This document shows, in pieces, positions 1-9,044 of a stretch of 64,000 nt of DNA. Positions within the stretch are counted from its first letter, which is position 1. Every line of letters begins with the position of its first letter. The translations under genes were made by a program, and so were the position numbers. The notes under the pieces were generated by a model that worked only from the letters and a program-made list of their open reading frames with translations, searched no databases and was not told where the DNA came from. Source of the DNA: Polyangiales bacterium (GTDB lineage Bacteria; Myxococcota_A; Polyangia; Polyangiales; JADJQN01); assembly GCA_964202905.1 (NCBI GenBank), contig CAXNJO010000003.1:128001-192000 (forward strand). Reading direction: 5' to 3'.

Positions 1-1515
1 GCGACCGTCCCCTCCCCGTCCTCAAAGCCGCCGGCCCCCGCGACGCCCGAAGACGCGCGGCACCGCGGCGCGCCGCTGGACGCGGTCGAGGAGCCCGAGG
101 AACTCGCCGACGGGCTCGCCGCGCTCCTCGAGCCCGAGAGCAGTGCCCCCCCTGCTGCAGACCCCTCGACGCCGCCCGCCCGGCCATCCTCGGGGATCCC
201 CGCCGGCACGCTGCTCGGCCTCGCCCCGCCCGCAACCCCCGCGATCGGAAGCGACGGGGAGTTCGAAGAAGTGACCGTCGTCGACAAGTCGCCACTCGCG
301 ACCGCTCGGCTCGTCGCCGCGCTCGCCGCGGAATCGATGGCCCCCGACGCCCTCGCGGAGGTCCGACTCGCCGCCGCGCAACTCGCCGAGGCGGAGCGCG
401 CCTCGCAAGAAGGCACGTCGGACAGCCAGAGCGTCCATCCCTTCGCCGCGACGCATCTCGGTCTCGGCCCGCCCTCGTCACCACCGCCGCTGACCTCTCC
501 CCCGCCGCCCGACGGGGACCCGGCATTCGACGACGGCGGGGCCCGCGTCTCGCGGGAGATCGAAGAAGCGGAGATCGAAGAAGCGGAAATCGAAGAGCAT
601 TGGCTCGCGGCCGAGCCGCAGGAGTCCGCGCTGAGCGATGAGCCACGACGGCCCACGGCACGCGCCCGGCGGCTCCAGAGCGTGATGCTCGGCGGAGCGT
701 TCCTGCTGAGCGCCGCGGCCATCGCCGCCACCGGGATCGGCATGTGGCGCATGTTGCACCCCAGGGTGCCGGGCATGCCGCACGGCGCACACGCCAACCA
801 CGCCGCACCCGCCGAGCACGCAGCGCAGACCGAGCACGCCGCACACGCCGCACCCGCCGAGCACGCAGCGCAGACCGAACACGCAGCGCAGACCGAACAC
901 GCAGCGCAGACCGAACACGCAGCGCAGACCGAGCACGCCGCGCAGACCGAACACGCAGCGCAGACCGAGCACGCCGCACCCGCCGAGCACGCCGCACCCG
1001 CCGCACCCACCGAACACGCCGCACCCGCCGAACACGCAGCGCAGACCGAGCACGCCGCACCCGCCGAGCACGCAGAGCACGTCGCACCCGCCGAGCACGC
1101 GGAGCCGGCGATGCAGGCGGCGGCAGTCGCCGCGCCAACCGACGCGCCCGCCGAGATCGCCTCCGAAGACCCGACCGCCGCGAGCGAGCGGCTCACCGCG
1201 CTCGCACGCACCATCCTCACCGCGGACCCGGAGCGCGCGGCGTCGATCCTCACGCGGGCGGCCGAGCGCGCGCCGACCAACGCGCACCCGGTCGAGGAGC
1301 TCGCGCGTCTGCATCTCCGTCGTGGGAACGCGAGTGGCGCGGTGTTCTGGGCGTCGAAGCTCGTCACGCTGCGGCGCCGGCGCGCCTCGGCCCGCGTGCT
1401 ACTCGGCGACGCCCGGCGGCTCGCCGGGGACACCGATGGCGCGCAGGCGGCCTGGGAAGAAGCGCTCGCGTACGAGCCCGACAACCGCGAAGCCGCGCGG
1501 CGCCTCGGACGCTGA
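1..1515 (+). CDS. Membrane-anchored TPR-like protein with His-rich tandem repeats (5' partial)
   Basis: Frame 1 is open from base 1. Pro/acidic linker, TM segment (VMLGGAFLLSAAAIAATGIGMW), EHAAQT/EHAAPA repeats, then TPR-like helices (ARVLLGDARRLAGDTDGAQAAWEEALAYEPDN). Confidence 0.75.
   Translation, partial: ATVPSPSSKPPAPATPEDARHRGAPLDAVEEPEELADGLAALLEPESSAPPAADPSTPPARPSSGIPAGTLLGLAPPATPAIGSDGEFEEVTVVDKSPLATARLVAALAAESMAPDALAEVRLAAAQLAEAERASQEGTSDSQSVHPFAATHLGLGPPSSPPPLTSPPPPDGDPAFDDGGARVSREIEEAEIEEAEIEEHWLAAEPQESALSDEPRRPTARARRLQSVMLGGAFLLSAAAIAATGIGMWRMLHPRVPGMPHGAHANHAAPAEHAAQTEHAAHAAPAEHAAQTEHAAQTEHAAQTEHAAQTEHAAQTEHAAQTEHAAPAEHAAPAAPTEHAAPAEHAAQTEHAAPAEHAEHVAPAEHAEPAMQAAAVAAPTDAPAEIASEDPTAASERLTALARTILTADPERAASILTRAAERAPTNAHPVEELARLHLRRGNASGAVFWASKLVTLRRRRASARVLLGDARRLAGDTDGAQAAWEEALAYEPDNREAARRLGR
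799..1100 (+). repeat. Coding 18-bp tandem repeat (EHAAQT/EHAAPA)
   Basis: Repeated units such as gaacacgcagcgcagacc and gagcacgccgcacccgcc. Confidence 0.9.
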
Positions 1516-1528
1516 CCACGCCACGCGC

Positions 1529-1556
1529 TTGACGGCGCGGGACGTATCGCTAAACT
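1529..1556 (+). promoter_or_regulatory. Putative sigma70 promoter of rpmG
   Basis: TTGACG (1529-1534), 16-bp spacer, TAAACT (1551-1556), about 60 bp upstream of the rpmG ATG. Confidence 0.65.
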
Positions 1557-1619
1557 GCGGCCCTCTCCGCGAGCCGGGGACTGCGACGCCGCCTTTGGCG
1601 CGGCCGGAAGAAAGACGTC

Positions 1620-1781
1620 ATGCGCGACCTCATCAAGCTCACCTGCGAGACCTGCACCCGGGCGAACTACTACACGTCCAAGAACAAGCGGACCATGACC
1701 GAGAAGTTCTCGATCAAGAAGTTCTGCCCGGCCTGCCGCACGCACAAGCTCCACAAGGAAGGCAAGATCAGCAAGGGCTGA
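1620..1781 (+). CDS. rpmG: 50S ribosomal protein L33, Zn-ribbon form
   Basis: Manual translation (absent from ORF track): MRDLIKLTCETCTRANYYTSKNKRTMTEKFSIKKFCPACRTHKLHKEGKISKG*, with two CxxC motifs. Confidence 0.96.
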   Translation: MRDLIKLTCETCTRANYYTSKNKRTMTEKFSIKKFCPACRTHKLHKEGKISKG

Positions 1782-1792
1782 TCGCGCCCCGC

Positions 1793-1840
1793 GCCGACGC
1801 GCGCCCGTCGTTCCCCTCGGCGAGTGTCGGCTCTTTCTTC
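1793..1840 (+). terminator. Possible intrinsic terminator after rpmG
   Basis: GCCGACGC...GTGTCGGC stem with a long loop, followed by TCTTTCTTC. Confidence 0.4.
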
Positions 1841-2056
1841 GCCCTCGTGGCGCGTCCCGTGTTCGCAGGCTGAACACCCGCGCCACGGCGCCATGCGGGC
1901 GCGCCCCACCCCAGGGCGGTCCGTCGAATCGCGCGCTCGCATGCCCACGCCACGCGCGTTCGGGGCGCCGCAGTCGCGCGGCCTCCCACCGCACTCCGTT
2001 GAACCATGCGCTCGCCGGCGCCTCGGAGGCCTGTTCGAGCCGACCGCGGCGCGGCC

Positions 2057-3285
2057 TCACACCGCGAGTCGTTGGATCGCGCGCTCGTAGGCCACGCGCG
2101 CAGCGTCGTAGCCACGGTGCACACCGCCCTCGACGAGCCGCTCTCCGCCGACGTACACCTCGCGCACCGCGCGCGGCCCTGCCCCCCAGAGCACCGCCTC
2201 GTCGGCGTCGTCCGGCCCCCCCACGAGCGCAGCGTCGCGCGCATCGAGCACGACACGGTCCTGCGGCGCGAGCCCCGCCATGCCGATCGCGGCGTAGCCT
2301 CCGGCGCTCGCCGCCTCGAGCAGCAGCCGCGCCTCGCCGACGACGTGACGCGCCTCTGCGCGTACGCGCTCGTCGAGTTCGATGGCACGCACCTCCTCGA
2401 ACGGATCGCTGCTCGCATAGGAATCGACGCCCGTGCACAGCCGCGCACCCGCACGCACGAGCTCCGACGACTGCCCTGGTCCGTCGCCGAGATCGCGCTC
2501 CGTCGATCGGCACACACACGCGAACGCGCGCGCGGCGCCGAGGACGCGCGCTTCCTCGGGCGCGAGGTGCGTCGCGTGCACCGCGACGAAGCGCGCGTCG
2601 ACCAGCCCGAGCTCGTCCAGCAACGCGAGCGGCCGCAGCCCGTGCTCGGCGAGCGACTCCTGCACCTCGCGCCGCTGCTCGCTCACGTGCGCGTGCACCG
2701 GCAGTGCGTGCGCGCGCGCATACCCCGCGATCGCCTCGAGCCACGGCCGAGAGAGCGCGCGGACGCTGTGCGGCGCGAGCCCGATCGTGATGCACGGATC
2801 GTCCATGTGGCGCGCACGCAGCGTGTCGACGTCGCGGAGCGCGTCGGCGACGTCGCGATCGACGAAGCGCCGCTGCCCCGGCTCGAGCGCACGCCCGAGC
2901 CCCGCACGCTCGTACACGCAGCGCAGAAGCGCGACGCGCAGCCCGGCGTCGCGCGCGGCGCGCACCACCGTGTCGGCGAGCAAGCGTGCGCTCCGCGATA
3001 GGGCTCGCCGCCGGACTGGTGATGCACGTAATGGAACTCGCCGACGGCGGTCACGCCCGCCATCGCGAGCTCGACGAAGGCGAAGTGCGAGAGCGCGTAG
3101 AGCGTGTCCGGGTCGACGCGCTCGACGAGCGCGTACATCAGCCCGCGCCACGTCCAGAAGCTCCCGGCTGCCCGCGCCCGGCGCTGCGTGCGGCCGCGGA
3201 GCGCGCGCTGGAACGCGTGCGAATGCGCCGTCGCGAGGCCCGGCAGCACGAGCGTGTCGCCGTCACGGCGCGCGAGGATCTCCAT
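2057..3285 (-). CDS. hutF: Formimidoylglutamate deiminase (amidohydrolase), frameshift near 2990
   Basis: N-part PGLATAHSHAFQRALRGRT...FWTWR..MY...GVTAVGEFHYVHH (ORF 2683..3564) joins C-part GLAPHSVRA, HAHVSEQRREV, VHATH, DLGDG (ORF 2057..3151). Confidence 0.88.
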
Positions 3286-3788
3286 GCGGGGCCAACGATA
3301 GCAGCGCCGCCCACGCGAGCAGCCCCGCGCCTCGAGTGAGCACGCGTCGCCCATCGGCATCGGTGTGCATGGCGCACGCAGCCCCGCCCACGTCGGCCGC
3401 AGGAACCGCGCCGAGCGCAGCAGATTCTTCGCGTCACGCGCGCGGAGCCGGGCACGACTCCGCGACGGGTGGCAGAGCCGCCATCGCTTATGGTTCGGAC
3501 GGCCCGCGAGGCAAGAACCCGGATGAAGCGACCGACCCTGATCGGCGCTCCTCGGCGTTCTCACGATGGACCCGGTGACCGGCTGCGCAGCGGACGTGGT
3601 GACGCCGGGCGAGGCGGCCGCGCTCGTCGAGCAGGTCGGCCGCGCCGACTGGGAAGCGCGCGACCTCGACGAGCACCCGACACCGCGCCTGCACCGGGAC
3701 GCCCCACGCGCGGGAGGCGGGGTCCGTGCCCCGCGCCGAGCCTTCGCCTGAGCGCTCGCGGCGCCGGGGCGCGTGCTACGTGGCCGCG

Positions 3789-5192
3789 ATGATTCGTCCC
3801 GCTGCCGTCGCGTTCACGCTGCTGCTCATGGCGTGTGGCGCCGCCCCCGGCCCCGCCGCGTCGACCACGCCCGCGGTCCGCGACGCCGCGCAGCCGCATG
3901 CGGCCCGCACGCACCACGCCCACGCGGGCCACCCGCACGATGGCCACGCGCACGGCGACCGCATGCCGCACGACGAGCTCTCCGCCGAGGCCTACGCGGC
4001 GCGGCTCGAGCCCGCCGATCGCGACGCGTGGCAGCAGCCGGCTGCGCTCATCGCCGCGCTCGGGATCCGCGAGGGCGCGCACGTCGCGGACGTCGGCGCG
4101 GGGTCGGGCTACTTCGTGCCGCACCTCGCGCGGGCGGTGGGCGCCTCGGGGCGCGTCGTCGCCGAAGATCTGCGCGACGATCTGCTCGCGCTCGTGCGTG
4201 CACGCGCGACGCGCGAGGGCCTCGCGCAGGTCGAGACGCGCGTCGGCGCCGCCGACGATCCGCGCCTCGAGCCGGGCGCGTACGACCTGATCCTCTTCGT
4301 CGACACCTACCACCACGTCGCGGATCGCCCGACGTTTCTCGGACATCTCGCGCGCGCGCTCACGCCCCGCGGCCGGCTCGTGATCGTCGATTTCCGCGAG
4401 GGCACGCTGCCCGTCGGGCCGCCGCCGGCCCACAAGATCCCGCGCGCCGTCGTCGAGACGGAGGTGCGCGCCGCGGGCTTCACCGTCGCGCGGACGCACG
4501 ATTTTCTGCCGCACCAGTGGGTGCTCGAGCTCATCCACGCCGCGTGCCAGAGCGGTACGCCCGGCTGCGACGTGCGCGCCGAGCGCCCGCGCGTCGTGCT
4601 CGACGCGTCGCTCACGCCGACCGAGGCGGGCCTCCCCGCGATCTCCGCGGACGGCGTGGAGGTCGCGGTCGCCCTCACCGATCCCGACCCCGAGCGCGCG
4701 AGCTCGAGCCTCTCGATACGCTTCCTCGCGACGGCGGACGGCGCGACGCGACGCGAACTCCCGGTGCTCGACGTGCGCGAGGCGCTCGCCCTCGAGGACG
4801 ACGACCCCGACGCGGCGACGCGGGCCCGCATCGAGCGCCGCGTCGCCGAGCTCGACGAGGCGTTCTCGCGGGGCGGCTTCACGCCGCTTCGCAACGCAGC
4901 CATCTCGCGTGATGGTTCCATTCAACCCACGAATCCGGACGAACTCGCGCTCGCCTTCGACACCGCGACGCGCACGCTCACGGCGCGCGGGGCCGAAGGC
5001 CGCGAGCGGCTCCGCACGACGCTCGCCCCCGCGACGCGGCGCTGCGGCGGGCGCGAGGTGTCACAACCCGCGACGCCCGTGAGCGCGTGGGCCGAGGCCG
5101 CGCGCGGCTTGCTGCTCGTGCGCGTCACCTTCGCGTCGGCGCCACGCTGTGCGGCCGCGGCGCCCGAAGAGCGGGTGTTTCGGCTCGAATGA
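3789..5192 (+). CDS. Lipoprotein: His-rich segment, class I SAM methyltransferase, unknown C-terminal domain
   Basis: Lipobox LLMAC; HHAHAGHPHDGHAH; RDAWQQP and VADVGAGSGYF motif I; DTYHH; about 200 aa extra C-terminal region. Confidence 0.8.
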   Translation: MIRPAAVAFTLLLMACGAAPGPAASTTPAVRDAAQPHAARTHHAHAGHPHDGHAHGDRMPHDELSAEAYAARLEPADRDAWQQPAALIAALGIREGAHVADVGAGSGYFVPHLARAVGASGRVVAEDLRDDLLALVRARATREGLAQVETRVGAADDPRLEPGAYDLILFVDTYHHVADRPTFLGHLARALTPRGRLVIVDFREGTLPVGPPPAHKIPRAVVETEVRAAGFTVARTHDFLPHQWVLELIHAACQSGTPGCDVRAERPRVVLDASLTPTEAGLPAISADGVEVAVALTDPDPERASSSLSIRFLATADGATRRELPVLDVREALALEDDDPDAATRARIERRVAELDEAFSRGGFTPLRNAAISRDGSIQPTNPDELALAFDTATRTLTARGAEGRERLRTTLAPATRRCGGREVSQPATPVSAWAEAARGLLLVRVTFASAPRCAAAAPEERVFRLE

Positions 5193-5195
5193 CGA

Positions 5196-5230
5196 AACGC
5201 GTGCATGGGCGCGAAACCCATGCACGCGTT
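5196..5230. terminator. Perfect 14-bp hairpin between convergent genes
   Basis: AACGCGTGCATGGG-cgcgaaa-CCCATGCACGCGTT. Confidence 0.7.
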
Positions 5231-5249
5231 CGTCGTCATCGCGATTCGT

Positions 5250-6974
5250 TCAGCGGACCCAGACCGTCCACGCGAAGGGGTCGCTCGAGGCCGAGAGATT
5301 GCCGAGCATCCCGTGTCCGCGCACGGCCGCGCGCGGCCGATAGTTCTTGGAGAACGACCACGTGTAGAAGCTGCCTCCGGTCTGATCGAGGGTGAGCGTG
5401 TCGCAGAACGAGTCCGTGCAGGTGGTGTAGGGCCGGGGAGGATCTCCCGGCCGAGGCAGCGGGGGCGCAGACACCTCCGGATCATGCGAGATGTACCAGG
5501 CCGACGCGCTGCGATGGATCTGATAGGTGACACCCGCCTTCAGCCCGGTGACCGGCGTGACCGGAATCTCTCCGGTTGTGTAGACGAAGTTCACGTAGTC
5601 GACGAAGGTCGCCACCGTGCCGCGTCCGAAGGCCGTCTGCGTGTGCGTGGGAATCTGCGCGGTGCTGAGCGCGAAGCTGCGCCCCATCGTCAGCGTGGGG
5701 TCGTACGTGGGCAACGCACCCCGGTTCCAGTCCACCTCGGGCGCCGCCTCGAACTGCGCGACGATCAGCGTCCAGCCGCCGCCGTTCGAGGTCATGTCGC
5801 AGTACATGGGCCGCTCCGGCTGCGGGCCGGGGCCGTCGACGTCGACCGGGTAGAGCATGCTCGGCGGCACCGCGGGCGCCATGAACGAGTCGCGCCAGGC
5901 GAGACACGAGGTGGGGTATTCGCGGGCACAGGTCGCGTTGCAGCCATCATCGGCGATGGTGTTCCCGTCGTCGCACGTCTCGCCCGCGCCGAGGATCCCG
6001 TCACCGCAGCGCACCGCGCAGACGCCCGCGTCCCGGCAGCTCTGGCCGCTCGCACACGCCGTGACCGTCGTGCCGAGGCCATCCGCGTTGCAGACGCTGC
6101 GGCTGTTCATCTCGCACGTGGCGCTGCCCGGCATGCAGATCTGCGGCGCGCACAGGCCCGTCGTCGGGTCACAGCTCGAACCGGCGTCACACGGGGTCGT
6201 CGGGCCGAAGCCGAGGCCATCGGCGTTGCAGAGACGCGTCCCGCCCATGCCGTCGCAGCCCGGCGCGCCCGGCGTGCAGATCTGGTCCGTGCAGTTGCCG
6301 CTGCCCGTGCAGGTCTGGTCCGCCGAGCAGGAAATCAGGCTGGTGAAGGCGACGCAACTCTGCGCACACACCTCGCGGGCCGTGAGCGAGCCCGCGGCAC
6401 AACGGCGCGTGAGGCCAGGCGAGCAGATGCACGGAAGGCACACGCCGTCCTGACAGCCCTCGGTGAGGCCACAGGGCCGGGCATCGATGGTGGCGCCGCG
6501 CGCATCACACTCGCCGACCACGCGCTCCATGCCCGGAAGGCAGAAGCGGCTCGACGGCGCGCAGGCCTGCCGCGCGCAGGCGCCGTCGCTGCAGTAGAAG
6601 CCAGCCTCGCACGCCGTCGCGACGCGCATGCCGGAGGCATCGCAGTTGTACGTCGTGAAGTCGTCGAGACAGTCCGTCTCGCCCGGCGTGCAGGGGCCGC
6701 CCGCGTCGACATCACTGCCGGCATCCACACTGCTGCCGGCATCCACGTCGCCCGCATCGGTTCCGGTGGGCCCGCCATCGGTGCCGCCGCCATCGCTGCC
6801 CGACGGGCCGGAATCGGTGCCCGTCGGCCCCCCATCGACGCTGCCGAGATCGACGGACGCAGGCGCGTCATCGTCATCGCCGCAGGCCGCGAGCGCGACG
6901 ACGACCGCCGCAAGCCCCACGAACGATCCGCGCATCCACCCGAATTCTGCCGACTTCCTTGGATTCACAGACAC
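5250..6974 (-). CDS. Cys-rich surface lipoprotein (paralog 1) with myxobacterial Cys motif and fibrinogen-C-like tip
   Basis: Lipobox ALAAC; CxPG..C..CNADG repeats; CGDGILGAGETCDDGNTIADDGC; tip PTSCLAW...YPVDVDGPG...MYCDMTSNGGGWTLI resembles the start of fibrinogen-related domains. Start may be 6935. Confidence 0.85.
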   Translation of the reverse strand: MSVNPRKSAEFGWMRGSFVGLAAVVVALAACGDDDDAPASVDLGSVDGGPTGTDSGPSGSDGGGTDGGPTGTDAGDVDAGSSVDAGSDVDAGGPCTPGETDCLDDFTTYNCDASGMRVATACEAGFYCSDGACARQACAPSSRFCLPGMERVVGECDARGATIDARPCGLTEGCQDGVCLPCICSPGLTRRCAAGSLTAREVCAQSCVAFTSLISCSADQTCTGSGNCTDQICTPGAPGCDGMGGTRLCNADGLGFGPTTPCDAGSSCDPTTGLCAPQICMPGSATCEMNSRSVCNADGLGTTVTACASGQSCRDAGVCAVRCGDGILGAGETCDDGNTIADDGCNATCAREYPTSCLAWRDSFMAPAVPPSMLYPVDVDGPGPQPERPMYCDMTSNGGGWTLIVAQFEAAPEVDWNRGALPTYDPTLTMGRSFALSTAQIPTHTQTAFGRGTVATFVDYVNFVYTTGEIPVTPVTGLKAGVTYQIHRSASAWYISHDPEVSAPPLPRPGDPPRPYTTCTDSFCDTLTLDQTGGSFYTWSFSKNYRPRAAVRGHGMLGNLSASSDPFAWTVWVR

Positions 6975-7082
6975 CTCTCCTCAGCGTCGCGCCACCACCT
7001 CGGCGCGTCCGAAGGCGCGAAGCATTCGGTGCACGACCCACCGATGCAAGCGACGAGACGGCGTCAAGTCATGCGCGCGAGA

Positions 7083-7157
7083 TCAGAGCCGCAACACCCG
7101 CACCGCGCGGCCGTTCGCCGTCGAATGTGCCTCTTCGCGCACGCGCTCCTCGAGCGG
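7083..7157. repeat. 75-bp direct repeat, copy A (3' end of ATPase gene)
   Basis: Matches 8728-8802 with one mismatch. Confidence 0.95.
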
Positions 7158-8684
7158 TGGCGCGTCGCTGCGCCGGTCGAAGAGCACGAGCACGCCCGCA
7201 TCGAGCCCGACCCGCGCGAGGTATTCGTCGAGCTGCACGAGCCCCTCGGCGAGCGGGTCTTTGCGCTTGTCGCGCCAGACCTTCATCTCGATCGCTTCGC
7301 GCTGGAGCTGCTGTTTGCCGGCGGCGTCGGAATACGGCCATTCGATCAGCAGATCGATGCGGCGGCGGCCGATGCCGTATTCGCGCGACACCACCCCACC
7401 GCCGTTTACGACGCGTTGCAGATAGGCCATCAGCACGAGCTGTGCGCCTGATTCCGCGTACGTCGCGCCCTCGGTCATCGACTCGCCCTGCTCGACCCAA
7501 AAGGCGGCGAACTCACGCAGCAAAACATCGATGTCGAAGCGCCCATCGGCGCGCACGAAGCGGCGCGGATCGGCGGTGACGCTCTGCTGCGCGGCGCTCG
7601 AGAGCACGCGCGCGACGACCTCCTGGTAGATGGGATTCGCCATGCGCAGCGGCCGGCTCTTCACGAGGCCGAGGTCGACGACGTAGGAGACGTCATCATC
7701 GAACACGTCGTCGACCGGCGCGATTTCGCCGGCGAGCAGCGGCCCGATCACGCGCCGCACGCGCGGCTCGGCGAGCTTGCTCGCGAGCGAGTCGAGGTGC
7801 GTCGCGCGGGCGAGGATCAAGCGCTCCTTCGCCGTCTCGACGTGGGCGCGCTCGATGGCGCCCGTCACGGCCATCTCGCTGACGACCTCGTTGGCGAGCG
7901 CGTTCACGAGCCACGGCTGGCCACCGGCGAGCTCGGAGAGACGCGTGAGCGCGTCGTCGGAGAAGACCTGCCCAGTCGCCGCGGTGTGCTGTTCCACGAG
8001 CGCACGCACCTCGGCCTCGCTGAACGTGCCGAGCGTGAGCGACTTGAGCTTCACGTTGAACGGGCTCGCGGTGCCGAGCCGATTCGCGTCGCCGCCGCTC
8101 GCCATCTTGTAGTCGCGCACATCGCGCAGGCCACACAGCATCACCGACCACGGCGCGCGCGCGGGGCGATCGGGGAAGCCCGCACGCAGCTGCCGCAGCA
8201 CCGCGATGAGGCTCTGGCCGCGCAGCGCGTCGATCTCGTCGAGAAGCAGCACCACGCGCCGCGGGCAGCGGGCGCACCACGCGGCCAGCACATCGGTGAG
8301 GAGCCGAGCCGAGGAAGGGTCCTCCGGCAACGCGTCGGGACGCAGTTCTTCCGGGAGTTGCGCGTCGGCTTCGGTGATGAGCTGGCGGACAAGCAGACGC
8401 TGCGCGACGAGGAAGTCGTCCCCCGCCGCCTCCGCCGCCTCGCAGCTCATGTAGAGCGCGGCGTAGTCCTCGCCCGCCGAGAGCGACTTCGCGAAGGCCC
8501 GCAGGAACGTCGTCTTCCCCGACTGCCGCGGCGCATGGAGGACGAAGTAGCCCCCCATCGCCACGATCCCCGGCGCCTCGGGCACGCGCGGGAGCGGCGG
8601 CACCATGTAGTGCTGATGCTCCTCGCACGGCCCCGTCGTGTTGAAGTACTTCGGAATCGGCGGATAGACGCGCTTCTCGACCAT
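7083..8684 (-). CDS. AAA-like P-loop ATPase with C-terminal PD-(D/E)XK nuclease-like domain
   Basis: Starts MVEKRVYPPIPKYFNTTGPC; Walker A APRQSGKTT; Walker B LLLDEID; C-terminal REYGIGRRRIDLLIEW...AIEMKVW...GLVQLDEYL. Confidence 0.88.
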   Translation of the reverse strand: MVEKRVYPPIPKYFNTTGPCEEHQHYMVPPLPRVPEAPGIVAMGGYFVLHAPRQSGKTTFLRAFAKSLSAGEDYAALYMSCEAAEAAGDDFLVAQRLLVRQLITEADAQLPEELRPDALPEDPSSARLLTDVLAAWCARCPRRVVLLLDEIDALRGQSLIAVLRQLRAGFPDRPARAPWSVMLCGLRDVRDYKMASGGDANRLGTASPFNVKLKSLTLGTFSEAEVRALVEQHTAATGQVFSDDALTRLSELAGGQPWLVNALANEVVSEMAVTGAIERAHVETAKERLILARATHLDSLASKLAEPRVRRVIGPLLAGEIAPVDDVFDDDVSYVVDLGLVKSRPLRMANPIYQEVVARVLSSAAQQSVTADPRRFVRADGRFDIDVLLREFAAFWVEQGESMTEGATYAESGAQLVLMAYLQRVVNGGGVVSREYGIGRRRIDLLIEWPYSDAAGKQQLQREAIEMKVWRDKRKDPLAEGLVQLDEYLARVGLDAGVLVLFDRRSDAPPLEERVREEAHSTANGRAVRVLRL

Positions 8685-8706
8685 GACCGCGCGCAGCGTA
8701 TCACCG
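8558..8706. repeat. 149-bp direct repeat, copy A (5' end of ATPase gene plus 22 bp upstream)
   Basis: Identical by eye to 18701-18849. Confidence 0.95.
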
Positions 8707-8727
8707 TGGGAGGCGGGGCGTGTTCGC

Positions 8728-8802
8728 TCAGAGCCGCAACACCCGCACCGCGCGGCCGTTCGCCGTCGAATGTGCCTCTTCGCGCACACGCTCCTCGAGC
8801 GG
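8728..8802 (-). repeat. 75-bp direct repeat, copy B (orphan ATPase 3' end including stop codon)
   Basis: Matches 7083-7157; separated from the 149-bp repeat by 21 bp. Confidence 0.95.
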
Positions 8803-8974
8803 CGCGGTGCTGCCCATCGACCTCGAGACGACGAGCGTCGTCGTGCTCGCCTTCCCCCCGATGCTGATGCTCTGGAAGGCCGTGCAGGACGACGGTCAGG
8901 TGAGCTGGGTCGAGACGGCGGCCATGGTCTGCGTCTTCGGCATCGTCGTGTATCTACTCGCGGCGCATGGGTGA
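8803..8974 (+). pseudogene. 3' remnant of a membrane protein gene
   Basis: VLPIDLETTSVVVLAFPPMLMLWKAVQDDGQVSWVETAAMVCVFGIVVYLLAAHG*: two TM segments, host-like codon usage, no start of its own. It resembles the end of a cation exchanger, but this is uncertain. Confidence 0.5.
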
Positions 8975-9044
8975 GTGGGTGGCGAGTGGATGGTCGCAGA
9001 CGGTCATGCTGCGTGCGTCGAATCAATCGTCGGAGTGCGAGTCG

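Noticed and set aside
799..1100. Possible CRISPR array
   Set aside because: Contiguous in-frame 18-bp units with no unique spacers, and no cas genes.
3523..3751. Possible small exported protein between hutF and the methyltransferase
   Set aside because: Needs a frameshift to form a signal peptide and has no recognisable homology; support is insufficient.
8685..9026. N-terminal extension of the ATPase in the 647-aa ORF
   Set aside because: Read-through of remnant sequence. The family-like start is MVEKRVYPPIPKYFNTTGPC at 8684, which the duplicated copy at 18827 also uses.
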